A stretch of 64,000 nucleotides of DNA, taken from the NCBI RefSeq assembly GCF_009914755.1, contig NC_060926.1. The stretch is one strand, 5' to 3'. Below the pieces are notes generated by a model. The model did not search any database, was not told the origin of the DNA, and was given only the letters and a program-made list of their open reading frames with translations. The translations under genes were made by a program, and so were the position numbers. The DNA comes from the human T2T-CHM13v2.0 reference genome, Homo sapiens. The stretch's first letter is position 1. Each line of letters opens with the position of its first letter. Shown here in pieces: positions 27,517 through 41,500 of the stretch.

Positions 27517-28804
27517 TAGTCTGTTCTATTCTTAAATGTTTCTTTTACTCATAATTTTAAGGAACCATAAGTAGCATGATCAATTTTATGGACTGCAATT
27601 AACCATGTTGGTTTCTGAGAAGTTTCAAAAAAAAAAAAAAACTTTTGATGAGTTTTTTGTAAGCACAATTAAGTAGACTGACATTTATAAATGCTTATAG
27701 TATGTGAATTCATAAACTGAAATTGTGTATAAACATATTCCAGAAAAGCCATCTCCTCAAATTCTTTCATTTTGTTTTTGTTCAAAGTAATCATAAATGA
27801 TCAGTGATGGTATAAAGAAAACTTTTTATTAAGGATAAAAGAGCTTCATTAAAAAAATCCTGTGGTAACAGGTAGAATAAGAAATCTAGCCAGTTCAGTC
27901 ACATTAAAGAGATAAGAAAGTGGAGTCAATATAAGCAATGATAGTTGATCACAATTTATATGAAAAAGGCTTTTCAAATAATGGAATTATCTGTTTGTTT
28001 TCCAGTAAATAATCTTATGCATTTGCAAGCAATAGCATCTGTTTTTATATGATAATATATGACAGAAGGAGAATTAATTTGTCTGTCGCCACGTGCTACA
28101 CAACATATTAAGAGTGAACTCAAAGAACAGTGAAGCTTTATTTCAACTGCAGTGGAATCTGATCTAAGTTAATGTTATTCAATCTTACACTAAATATAAT
28201 ATATCAAGAACAAGTATAAGCAGTGAAAATTTGTTAGGGTTTTTTTGGAATAGCATTGCTTATGTATAATGTCATAAACAAATTACATAATTATGAACTG
28301 TGTAATCTATATAATACGACAGTGTTAGGCTTACAATATATTACTTTTCTAATTCTGGGCAAGACACTTGAACTCTCTACATCTAATGTCCTCCTCTTAA
28401 AAAGGATAGAATTTTACCTGCTTTATAGTAGGTCATTTACTTAAAGAGTTTATAGACTAGGACCTAATTTTTTATTATATAATTAAGTATGAGTTCCTTT
28501 CTTTCATACTGCCATTCTTTTCTAAAAAGTATATGATCTTCTGCAATTTTTTAATTTGTATTAAATAATTAGAAAAAAAGTAAAATAAACTGTGCTAATT
28601 AAAGCCATATACTTTTTAAAATCTGACTCTCAGAAGTTAATGTGTGTTATTGTAATACATAAAAAACAGCTACTGAACAAAGACTTTAAATATCTGCTTT
28701 TGTATTTCTATATTATCTATTTACCTTTGGAGTTATATCACTTTATTTAAGGAATATCTATAAAGCTTGAAAGAGAAAAATGAACTAATTGAGGTTTAGT
28801 CGCT

Positions 28805-29030
28805 TGTTTGTGCCAGGAGTATTTCTGCCTTAGGGTCCTGTTTGCCCTGGACTGTGCTTCCCTCTTACGCCTGCAAGGTTAATGCCTTTTATTGCTTTAG
28901 GTTTTTACTAACAAGTCACTTTCCCAATGAAGCTTTCCACATGCCCATAAAATTTCAACCCATATCCTTCTTTTCTCATTATTTGTTCTTCTTAGTATAT
29001 AATACTATACCATATTATATAATATACTTA
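28805..29030 (+). mobile_element. L2 fragment
   Basis: ttctgccttagggtcc...tgccctggactgtgcttccc...ttaggtttttact...gtcactttccc. Confidence 0.6.
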
Positions 29031-30214
29031 TCTATCTTGAAGAAAGATTCAATGAAAGGAAAGAGTCCTTGATAAAAGAGAGACAAAGCTTGAAAGATAT
29101 AAACAGGGCTAAGGCAAGAGATTATATTGGAATAGGACACAACTGAGAATTTAGAGCCAGAGGAAAATAGTTATGATGATAGGGAAGAAACTTCACTAGT
29201 CTTGAAATGCAACATAATAATGATGGATTTAAAGTGAAGATCTTGAGGATGTTAATAGGTGGTTAGAGGCAGTGGGAATTCAAAACATTAAGAAGACAAG
29301 CTTTAGTGCTTGCTGAATTTGTCAGGGAAGGAGAAACTGCCAAAGGATGCCAATAACAATTATGTCAATTTAAACAATCCTGTAACACTTCCAGCCTTAA
29401 ATAGACACCAGATCATCCAAGGCAAAGAACGTATCTAACCCCTTATTCCATACTTTCAACTAAATGAAAAATAACTCTGTATAAGGAATTAAATATATAG
29501 CTTAAGGACCTTTCTTCTTTTTTATTCTTTTATACTTTAAGGAAACTATTCAGAGTTTCAAAAAATCTTTTAAACTGAGAAAAATGCTCTCCCGATTTAT
29601 CTCCTATGTATTTTATTGGATAAAACTTAAATCAGCTTGTATCTCAGAACATACAAGAAAAGATGTAGACCCTCCTTTCCATTTTCTCAACTTTGATAGC
29701 ATCTGTGCTATATTAGAGACTTTCTGACCTCATAATTTCTTCACATGCAGACTCATAATCCTTTCTATGGAAATAAAATTAATGTCAGACACTTGAAATG
29801 TCCAACTTAGATGAACTCTCCATAACTGAATTTGCTGCATATGAAACATTCTCCTTACTTAATAGCAATATAGAACTGAATGGTAAGACATTAATCACAG
29901 CCATTTTAAAATGCATATTACTTTTTTCATCTCAGTGTATATATGCTCTTTTTTGATAGGCAAAGAAATTAAGTTACAAGGTTATTATCAAAATGGCTAA
30001 TCTAAAAACATATTCCCCTCAATTTTAACATTACTTTTGTTTGTTCTACTACTGCAGTGAAAATCCTGATCTTATGATATACTCCTGACATTCCACAGTG
30101 GGTACATTTTGCTCATCTACTCTCAGTGATGCACCAGAGACTAGAGGTTGAGAGAGTATCTACTAGTAATGTTACTACTTGGGCTAAAATTCTGAGCTTC
30201 TTGCTTATTAGCAG

Positions 30215-30360
30215 TGTTATGAACTGAATAGTGTTCCCCCAAAATTCATATGCTGAAGCCCAAACCCTTAGAGTGACTACATTTGGAGACAGGGTCCATA
30301 AGGAGGGAATTAAGATTAAATGAGGCCATGAGGGTGAGGCACTAATCCAATAGGCTGGTT
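30215..30360 (+). mobile_element. MLT1A/B-type MaLR LTR 5' fragment
   Basis: tgttatgaactgaatagtgttcccccaaaattcatatgctgaagccc...atttggagacagggtc...aagattaaatgaggccatgagggtg..cactaatccaata. Confidence 0.85.
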
Positions 30361-31369
30361 TTCAATATATATGATTTTTAAGAATAATAATAAAGTTTGC
30401 CCTACTAATTGCACAGTGTTCTCTTTTAGAGAAACTAAAATATGGCAAAAGAGTTTCACTGGGCAATATGTATGTTGTTTCCCATCCAATAGTCCAGAGT
30501 AGAGAAAAGACACCCTTTCCTCATTCAAACCAGTCAGCCTATTTCCTTGTCACTTGCTTGACTGACCTGCATTGTTTTTCAGCTGAATCAGATTGTGGAT
30601 ATGGAGATAGAATAGGTAGAAAAGTCAGCATGGAAAAGATAACTTGCTCAGAAAGGTCATTTAGCCTCTGGCTAAAAGGACATACTGGACACTCTTGGGA
30701 GCTTGAGGCTTAATCTCATCAAATAACCTATCATAACATCATGTTGTGCATAGATATGCAGAAAGTGATGAGAGATAAAAGAAATGAAAGTAGGAAGTTA
30801 AGAACCAAGAAAAGAGAAAGAGCAGCAATGCTAGTGCAAAAAAAAAAAAAAGAATTTAGAATTTACCTTGTAAGTACAATGAACAATTTCCCATATGATC
30901 TGATATTATGTTAATTTAGAAATAATAAAGGAGCTCTTCCAAAAATACATTTAAAAGTAATGAAACTAAAACAGTAAATAAAAGAAAAAAATGATGGTAA
31001 CTAAAGAGTCTCACTTGTCAGAGGCTTTGCCTATGACTCTTGAAATTTCCTAATATCACATTTACTGGCTTCAAGAAATCCTCTGTCTCCTATAAGATTT
31101 TCAGTTTCATTTTGTAGCCACTTAATATTTTATTTATAATATCTAGTTTATGATATCCATCAATCAGAGAAATAGATGATCCAAAAGTGGATTGAATGGA
31201 TAGGGACAGACAGCAGGTGGGATTTGAAAGCAGAATTATTAATTATTACTGATTAGTGAAATTTTGGTGTCATTTTGATGCCTGCTTTTTCATGAAACAA
31301 GAGAATCGAGAGTCAGATAATGGAGATTTTGATTAAAAGTTTTCCCTTCACCACCTACTCCTCAATTTC

Positions 31370-32160
31370 TGCTCTAAGTTTTCTCTTCTGTTTATTCTGG
31401 AAATACTCTCTGAGGGATGTCATGGTTTCATTTATTTTTAATGTATTGAAGGCTCTTGGTTCTATATCTCCAACCTAGACAATATTGCTGAATTCACAAT
31501 TTATATTTCCCAGTCTGTAGAACATTCTCACTTGGCATCTCTCTCTCTCTCATGCTCAAACCAAAGTCCATTATATCTCCTCTGCCTTTGCATTTGTGTT
31601 TGTTTTTCCTTATGCACTCCTTGTATACATAACTGGCATCTCTATCCATTCTGTTTTCCAACCCAGTAAGCTGATGGTCATCCTTGGTTTTTCTCTTAGT
31701 CCCCACATTAATTACTCACTAGTGCTATAAACTCTACATAGTAAACATCTCTGCATCCACTCACTTACTTATTCCACTGTGTCACTCAAGGCTACCATCA
31801 TCTAATGCTTGCACTACTGTAGCTTCCATGAGTGTCTCTGCTTCTCAGTCTTTACCTGACTTCCACTCATCCCTCCAGTTTCCATTTAAACACATCTACT
31901 GAAAACACTTTCTGGAGAGAACACACACATATGCGTGAAGACACATCGCACACATACATACTCAGGCTTCTGATAACATCCTACATAGCACCTGTGCTGC
32001 AAAAGACTCAGCTTTCAAGGTTGCAATTAATATCAGCCTTCTCTGAAAGGCTATAAGACTATTTTTCTGATTTCTGTGTCCTTAGTGCTTAGCTCTGAGT
32101 TAGACATGTAGTCTACACTTTCTAATAAAATAGTTACAATTCACTTAGTGAATGAAGTAA
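31370..32160 (+). mobile_element. L2 LINE relic
   Basis: tctatatctccaacctagac...cacttggcatctc...accatcatct...tgcactactgtagcttcc...cttagtgcttagc...tgaatgaa. Confidence 0.65.
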
Positions 32161-32215
32161 CAAAACCTACTTGTGAGAGAGATCCAAAGTCTAAACAGCA
32201 GAAGTTTCCATTTCT

Positions 32216-33984
32216 TTCTTTTTTAAAAAATTTATCTAAAAAAAAAAAATGGATACATGTATAGAATGTGCAGGTTTGTTACATAGGTATATGTGTGCCA
32301 TGGTGGTTTGCTGCACCTATTGACCCATCCTCTAAGTTCCCTCCCCTCCCCACTCATACCCCAACAGGGCCTGGTGTGTATTGTTCCCCCTCTCTGTGTC
32401 TGTGTGTTCTCACTTATGAGTGAGAACATGCAGTGTTTGGGTTTCTGTTCCTGTGTTAGTTTGCTGATGATGGCTTATAGCTTCATACATGTCCTCGCAA
32501 AGGACATGATCTCATTTCTTTTTATGGCAACATAGTATTCCATGTTGTATATGTACCACATTTTCTTTACCCAGTCTATCAGTGATGGGCATTTGGGTTG
32601 GTTCCATATCTTTACTACTGTAAATAGTGCTGCAATAAACATACATGTGCATGTGTCTTTACCTTTGAATGATTTGTATTCCTTTGGGTATATACCCAGT
32701 AATGGGATTGCTGGATCAAATGGTATTTCTGGTTCTAGAACCTTGAGGAATCACCATACTGTCTTCCTCAATGGTTGAACTAGTTTACATTCCCACCAAC
32801 AGTGTAAAAGTATTCCTATTTCCCCACAGCCTCACCAGCATCTATTGTTTTCTGACTTTTTAATAATCATTATTCTAACTGGCATGAGATAGACAAGCAA
32901 AGAGTCAAATCATGAATGAACTCCCATTTACAATTGCTACAAAGAGAATAAAACACCTAGGAATACAGCTAACAGGGCATGTGAAGGACCTCTTCAAGGA
33001 GAACTACAAACCACTGCTCAAAGAAATAAGAAAGGACGCAGACAAATGGAAAAACATTCCATCCTCATAGACAGGAAGAATCAAAATCATGAAAATGGCC
33101 ATACTGTCCGAAGTAATTTATAGATTCCATGCTATTTTCATAAAACTATCATTGACATTCTTCACAGAATTAAAAAAAAAAAAGGACTTTAAATTTCATA
33201 TGGAATCAAAGAAAGACCCCTATAGCCAAGACAATCCTATGCAAAAAGAACAAAGCTGGAGGCGTCAGGCTACCTGACTTCAAACTATACTACAAGGCTA
33301 CAGTAACCAAAACAGAATGGTACTAGTAACAAAACAGACATGTAGACCAATGGAGCAGAACAGAGACCTCAGACATAACACCACACATCTACAACCATCT
33401 GATCTTCAACAAACCTGACAAAAACAAGCAATGGAAAAAGCATCTCCTATTTAATAAATGGTGCTGGGAAAACTGGCTAGCCATTTACAGAAAACCGAAA
33501 CTGGACCCCTTCCTTATGCCTTATACAAAAATTAACTCAAGATGGTTTAAATACTTAAATGTAAAAGCCAAAATCTATAAAAATCCTAGAAAAAACCTAG
33601 GCAATACCATTCAGGACATAGGCATGGGCAAAGACTTCATGACAAAAATGCCAAAAGCAATTGCAACGAAAGCCAAAATTGACAAATGGGATCTAATTAA
33701 ACTAAAGAGCTTCTGCACAGAAAAGAAACTATCACTCAAGTGAACAGGCAACCTACGAATAGGAGAAAATTTTTGCAATCTACCCATTTGACAAAGGTGT
33801 AATATCCAGAATTTACAAGGAACTTAAACAAATTTACAAGAAAAAAACAACCCCATCAGAAAGTGGGAAAGGGATATGAACAGACACTTCAAAAAAGAAG
33901 ACATTTACACAGCCAACAAACGTATGAAAGAAAGCTCAACATCACTGATCATCAGAGAAATGAAAAATCAAAATCACAATGAGA
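32216..33984 (-). mobile_element. 5'-inverted (twin-primed) primate L1 (approx. L1PA7-L1PA10)
   Basis: 32216-32890 is the antisense L1 3' end; 32891-33984 is sense ORF2 (ORFs [27 protein letters not shown]...[17 protein letters not shown]); TSD agaagtttccatttct (32200-32215) / agaagtttcagtttct (33982-33997). Confidence 0.95.
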
Positions 33985-34810
33985 AGTTTCAGTTTCTATA
34001 TATGAGGGTTTAGTGGTAAACTACTGTCTTAGAAATGAGTAGAAGTTTAACAGGAAGTTGTCTTAATTTTATGCTTGTAATGAAAGCACAGTTTTTAATG
34101 TAGATCTTATGCATTTATGGGGGCAGCTAAAAGATATTGGAAGGAATGGCTAAGCCCTCTCACATCATCCCAAAGTGCTGACATAGGATCTACATGTTAG
34201 AAAATATTTACGTTTCCCTATGTGATTGATATTAGTACAATGCTAAAGTAATTTTCTGAAAAAATACAAATATAAATGCACTCATTCAATTTCTTAAGTC
34301 AAAATAATTTTGCTGATCTAATGGCAAAGGCTCTTCAAAAGCAGGGTGAAGGGCATAATCACCAGGCCCCAACTTGCCTGATATAGTAACTCCATAACCA
34401 CTCTTACCAAGGTCTATAGGCTATTTAATTGCTTTCTATTTTAGGTTGTAGCTGTATTCTTTAGAATTTCAAATAAGGTTTTCAGGCCAAAAGGCAATGG
34501 GAGTGGCTTATCAAAATTCAGAGAATTCAGATTTCTTTGGTGTTTGCAGGTTAATCCCTTTGTTATACAAAGTTGATTGACACGGAGGATTTTCCTTAAA
34601 TCACCAAGCCGTGCAAGGACAGTGCTAGGACTACAGTTGAGGTATTCAGAATCCAAGAACACCTCATGCTGACCTTTAATTCCTGATCCTTACAATTGGT
34701 TGCATGCTGCATTTTATCTAGTTTCAAAAGATAATAAGGCAATAAAATTAAATATTCAAATTAACACAGAATTTTTACACATATGGGAATAATTTTTTAA
34801 AGCTACTTAA

Positions 34811-35019
34811 TAGAATGATTCAATACATCTTCCTGTGATAATGGAGATGTTCTTTATCTGCACTGCCCAATAGAGTGACCAACAGGCACCTGTGGCTCTC
34901 GCATGCTTGAGATATATCTAGTGCAATTGAGAAACTGAATTTTTACTTTTAATTAATTTAAAATGAATTAAATTTAAAGAACCACATATAACTAATGGCT
35001 ACTGTATTGGATAGCACAG
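34811..35019 (+). mobile_element. MER3 hAT-Charlie MITE
   Basis: ctgtgataatggagatgttctttatctgcactgcccaata...gagaaactgaattttt...tggctactgtattggatagcacag. Confidence 0.8.
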
Positions 35020-35149
35020 TTTTAGAATATATTTTGGGACATACACTACATTATCTTGAATAGTTTTTATACTTCATGGACATCATTAGGAGATTGCAAA
35101 TTTATATTTCCAAGGTCCATAATTACATAAAGAGTGCTATATTTCATTA

Positions 35150-35865
35150 ATAATTAGGAAAATACATTTACAAATATATTTAAAACCACAATAAGATACC
35201 ATCACACACCTGGTAAAATCAAGTATTGGCCAGAACATAGAGCAAGAACTGGAATTTCCATACATTGCTGATGGAAGTGTAAATTTGTACAATCTTTTTG
35301 GAAAACCCTTTGGCAATATGAACTAAAGCTGATCATATGTAAAACTTATGACTTAATAATTCCACTCCTATATATAATCCCCAACAGAAATATTCTATAT
35401 GTGGGCGCCAAAATACACGTACACAATGTTCATTGCTCTACTGTTTGTAATAGCCCCTAAATAGACACAACTCTATGTTTATTAATGGCAGAAGTGTAAA
35501 TAGATTACAGTATATTCATACAAATGATACGACACATCAAGGAAAATGATTAAAATACTGGTACTTAATCTCATGAACATAAATTTAATTACATGAAGCC
35601 AGAAACAAAAAAATGCATACTTTATGAATCCCTGTATATAAAGTCCAAAACAGGCAAAGTTAACCTATAATGTTAAGGAATCAGGTTGTGATAACTTTGA
35701 GGGGAAGAGGAGCAAGCAAGAGAGACTTTACAGGTGCTTGTATATCCTGTCACCTGATTTGGGAGGTGATTACTGTGTATACAGTGCCTCCTTTGTGAAA
35801 ATTCACAGCATTTTATGCTTAGGATTTGAACAATCTTCTGTCCATATGTAGTAGTTGAAATAAAT
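35150..35865 (+). mobile_element. L1ME-like 3' end
   Basis: ttaaaaccacaataagataccatcacacacc...catacattgctgatggaagtgtaaatt...aattccactccta...aaaacaggcaaa...aataaa. Confidence 0.8.
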
Positions 35866-38319
35866 GGTCAAATTTTTCATAGAAATTCTATTAAATCACA
35901 TATATTTGTCACAGCTTAAATATTCATGGAAAACAGTCACTATATAATTATGTACATTGAAAAATTTAGAGAAAAGTGACAAAAGCTGAAAAGTCTAAGA
36001 GAATCATTTTTTCTAAGGCTCAAATTGCCATTTTTCATCATAAAAATTCTTGCTGTGTGTATTGTGCAAATTTTAGAGAATGCATTGTATAAAATGAGTT
36101 ATGATTTCTTAATATTTCAACATAAGTCTGGTATATTTTATATAGCATGAAATAGAAATAATAACATGAAGAATAATAATTTCAGAAATTCAATTCACAA
36201 AACTTAGTTTTTGTGTTTTTATAGTAATTTTCCATCTTGAAGGTTAAAAAGGAAAACAAGCTTTAGAAATATTACTTATTATCAAGCTGTGAAGTCACTA
36301 ACAAGGACAATACTTTGCTAAAAAAAAATCTTGTGAAGGAAATCCCTATTAGCAATTTGATGCAAGTATAGCTTGCATATATTATAATTATCTAACATTT
36401 AAAATCTCTATACTGAATTTTTGCTTTTCCTTTGGCTATGCGCCTACTTTTCTTAAATTGATTTATTAATGTCCAAGGTTGCTTTGCAGTTTTATCCTTT
36501 TAGCAATAATAGATGCAATAGATCACAAAAACAAATTTTTAAGAGAACATCATTAGAGTGATGTAGCACTGGTAATAAACCCCTTCACACTTGGATGAAC
36601 TTAAATCAGTTTCTCTTTATTGATTTTTGGTCATAACATAATTTTAAAGTTCAACTCAGTTAATAAAAAAAGATTTGCGCTGGTGTTATGGGCAAAATAC
36701 TTGCGTTGTAAGTTTCCACATCATTTGTGGAAGAATGTTATAGTTGTATCATATATGGATCTTCGATAGATATAGCAATGAGCATATTATTTTATGATAA
36801 TCCTTATGTTTAATATCTTTCCCTCTCCTTTTATTGATGTGAATCTTTCAACATCCTTATCATAAGATCCAATGACACCATTAGTATTCATTTCCTATTT
36901 ATGCATACGAATGTGTGTGAAAGATGTAAAAAATGCAATATGTATCAAATATACACACAGTAAATCTATTTAAAATATTTATCTTATGCATATCATGGCA
37001 ACATTTTAACTATTTTTACTAATAATGTGATAATTTTCTTTAGAATGATTTTACATCTTTATGCAGGATTGTCACTCCCATGTAGAGAGTGGGTTGATTT
37101 TTTATCTTGTAGTTCATTCAAAAAGTGTCAAAAATCAATTAATGTAACCTGTTTTTAACATGATGAATTACAGACTTATGAAGGGTCTATGCCATCAGGA
37201 GAATTAATATCTTCATCCAGAATTAAGTAATTGAATATACACAAAAAAAGAAAAAAATAGGTTAATATGAACTCAAATATGAGTGTCAAACTTCTATTGA
37301 TTGCTATTCTTCCTGTGAAGCTGTTATCTACTATAATTGTTCTCACTTTCTCCTCACTACAACATAGCAGATTATATACATAACATGTTGCCCGGGGCTC
37401 ACTCAGATATGGCCCACAGCATTTATAAAATTCTCAGCTCTCAACCGTAATTCCTGGCCTTCAGTTTTTCACACAAGGAAACCTATCAGAATGCAAGAGA
37501 GCAAGAGTACACTCTAATATAATCTTATATCCATTCTATAGTTTAAAAAATAAATTATGCACAAATTTCCCCACTTCATTTTTAAACATTCCTTGCAATA
37601 TCCTTCACATGTATGTGTTAAGATTGCAGATCAAGGCATCTGGTCTGTAATGCCTTGAGCACACAATAAAGAGAAAGGTAGCATCAGACAATTAGCAACC
37701 AATGGCTTGAGGAGAATTAAAAGATAATTTTATTATTAGCTTGGATGCTAGAATATAATTTTCATTGACTGTTGTTTTGACAGTGAAAAAGGCAATGGAT
37801 ACTTGCTCTATTTTGCAGCAGCCTAAAATGTACAAGCCCTATATCACAATTTATCTAGCAATAAAAGGGTCTTCTGTGGAACTGATCAGAGCCAAAACCA
37901 AAATTTGTCTCCAATATCTTTGTGTCATCACCCACCAAAGCTTCTTAACATCTTTGCAAGTTCAAATGTTATTTAACCCTTAAAACTGAGGTTAAATGTG
38001 TTCATTCATTCAACAAATATTAATTGAGCAAGGCATTTTATATTAGAGACTTAGAAGAAAAAAAAAGACATGAAACTTTCTTCCAAAACAAAAGGGCAGA
38101 CAATTTAATTTGAAGCAGACATGGAGAGAATTTGTTAGTATAAGAAGCTATGTCTCTAGAGAGTAGCCAGGGTAAGGCTAGGCAGACAACATATGTTTGA
38201 GTACCAGTTTCCAAAGGAAAAAGAAGGAAACGGTTCGATTTCTCACCGTGACAATCTATTGTCATCAGAACACATCAAGTACATTCAGAGGTAATTTAAA
38301 CAGACCCATTAAAACATAA

Positions 38320-38520
38320 GCTCCAGAATCATAAAGAACTAGTTTCAAATTCAAGTTTAAAATACTGGTCATTTTGTTGAGTCTTGATAGTTTTTATAAT
38401 TTAATTAAGCTTCCGTATATTAATTTATAAAATGAGATTACAAGGATTTTTGTGATGACCGAACAAGATAATATATGTAAAGCCCTTAGGTCTTAGAACA
38501 TAATAAATGCCCAATAAAGT
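38320..38520 (+). mobile_element. MIR SINE (degenerate)
   Basis: tccagaatca...ttcaaattc...tataaaatgagat...gataatatatgtaaagcccttag...cccaataaa. Confidence 0.55.
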
Positions 38521-41500
38521 ATATATTTCTTCTGGTGCACTTAAATCTTAAGACAGAATGTTGAATCAGCACATATCATGACAACCCAAAGATCAATAAC
38601 TATTTGTAAATTAGATGAGAAAAAAGTATATTTATTGAATACCTAATACTGTCTGCTTGCTTCTGTGACATCATGTGACATGATTATTATGAAAAGTAAC
38701 ATAATAAGAATAAAGTAGTTCTTTACTATAGCCTCAAAGTCTCCATTGCTAACGAGAGCTGCTTTAGAAATATTGGCATAAAACCTTTTTTATAAGTTGC
38801 ACATAATTACAGGATCAGCTTTGGGTTTCAATTGGTAAGAATTTCAGTTCTGTGCGGCCTTAATGAATAATATCTGAAGTACAAATTAAATTTTTTCTAT
38901 CAGGAGGCTTATTCAGAAAATTATAGGCCATTTATTCCTTCCATAATATATGAGAAAGATAAATTTTTCCCTAACTCTATTCTTCAAAGAGTAAAACATC
39001 CTGGCTACAGCATTCATCCCTTTGTTTTGTCTGTCTGTTTGTTTGTGTGTTTGTTTGTTTGCATCCTTGCTTACTATTAAGGAAGCCTAGATGGTAAGAC
39101 AATAAGAAAATAGAGGGCAAAGCCAGGCCATGTTCTCATAAGATTTAAGCCTGTGAGAGAACATCCAGAATTAATAATGTGTGAACCTGGAGCTAGTCAA
39201 CCAGCTAATTGCCTTCAACACTGTTCATCATTAATCCAGAGATTGCCATTCCATTTTAGTTAAATAAGGAATTTCACATTGGCAAAAGTGAGTCTATAGT
39301 ATTCATATCTCACTCTAGGTTGACTGCACAACCTCACAGGATGCCAATGGCTCATGCTGGCACATATCAATATCATGGGATTTATCCTGGTAACCTAGGT
39401 TTGTGTGCATCAGAAAGATGAGTTTCATGTATGTTTCTTAATTTACACATAATATATAGAATGGGGATATTCAGATTTCCCAAAGATAGCCATGTTTACT
39501 GTTTTTAAAGTCTCAAAAGATGTTTTAAAAGTTCACCATATGTACTAGAACTTTTATCCTTGAATGTATATGCCATTTTTTTTTTACCACTCAAACGTAA
39601 ATCTACAGGGACCACACAATGATTCGTGTAGATTCCATTCCTTTTTATGATGCCAAAAATGTTTTAAAATAGTATTTTCTCCCCCGATTTAAAGAAAGGA
39701 AAGAATAGAGATTTTGTAGAATCATAAAATCATGAAGTGTCAGAGTTTACAGATTACAATCTAACTACTTAATGTTAAAAATGAAAAGAATGAGACCCAA
39801 AGAAGTTATGATTTTAAAAAATTGGTAAATGGTAGAACTAAAACCATTTCTTATTTTGTCCTCTAAACATTATTGCATTTCTGAAAAGTATACACATATG
39901 AATTATAAATGGTAGGGTGAAGTTTGTATAATGTCTTTTTATAGCAATCAATAAATAGGTGACTATGTCACATTTATACTGTAATTCTGATGCACACATA
40001 ATACTTTAAAAACTGCTAAACAAGCATGTCAGAAAGACCTAAATTATAACATTTTTCAATATTATTTAATAAAAAATAATAAGATTTTTAAAGCAATTCC
40101 CTCCACTTGTGATTGACAAGATATACTATGATTCCAAACAGTCCAATTTTTGGTCACCTTCTCCCACTTGTGTTAGTTAAATCCAGAATGGGGGGAAAAA
40201 TAAAAAATCTAATTATATTATTCATGCTAGCCTTGTATGCAGCATTCCTCTGCCCCTTACTGAGCCTCCCTAGAAGCTAGAAAGAGCCAATGGACAACTA
40301 CATCACACACACACCCCATATCCTGATCATTCATCCCTGAAATTATGTATTCTTTACTCCTATACCTTATAAACAGTAGTGTAAATTGTGTGCATGGCCA
40401 AATTCATAACACAAAACACTCTTAGGAGCAAAATAGAAACCTGCACAAACCCTCTGGTTTTGTCAATGAAAACAACCTTTTATTATAAAGTGACAGTTTT
40501 ATAACTTCAAAAATAGGCTTTAATTTTTATAGAACATTTAATTCAGGAATGAAAAATGTATTTTTATCAACCCGCAAAAAAAAAAAAAGTGGGATTTTTC
40601 ATCAGTGTTGCCAGAGGTGAAGGAAATTTACATGGTGAATGAAGTAAAAAGCCTATTTCAACTATCACAGTACCTTAAGGATGAAGAAAATAGTTTTAAT
40701 TTTGGATAATAAATCACTTTTGTAGCATTTCAAAGATCAAGAAACTTGCTTATCAAAACAGAATGTAGTCATCATAATGCAAAGTCCTCAGGCAATGAGA
40801 ATTGCAGTAAAATCTTTTTCTCCTTTTATAACTGGATCAATATTTTTGAGTATATAAGAATATGTACTCATTAAATCACTTTCACCTACTATATTTCATA
40901 TTTGCTACAAATTACTTAATGTCACAGGAGACTGGAAGATCTATTTTAAATCTAAACACATAAGTACACTATCAAGTGGACACAAATAAGCATACACAAA
41001 GAAAAAGCTTTTTATTCGCCATCCCAAATGCCCAGCATTGCTTTGACCTAGTTATAAAAACCAGAGATTTGGTTTTATTTCCCAGCCTAAGAGTTAATTC
41101 TGATGATTTTAGCAGAAGGGAATGAATAGGAATATAGCATTCTCCTAAGACCTCTTGTTCCTGGGATAATATATAGCAGGTGCTGACTTCTTGTGTGTAT
41201 CCCTAGTTCCCATCTTGTTTGAGATGGCAACAGATGATATGTTAACAATGACCAACCATTTGCCAAAATGTCTTTGCACATATTTTTCTCTGGCTGGAAG
41301 GTCCTTCCCTCCCTGCTATATTCAATTAAGGCTTTCTTATCCCTCAGTGTTCAGTCAAATAATAATGCTGGGGTAAAATTTTCTGACCAAGCTATATCTC
41401 CCAATGATATACTTTCATTGTTCCATGTACCTCTGTACTTATCCTGTTGTTAATGTGTGATTGATGAATTAATATCTTACTTCTCCATTATGATCTCCAT

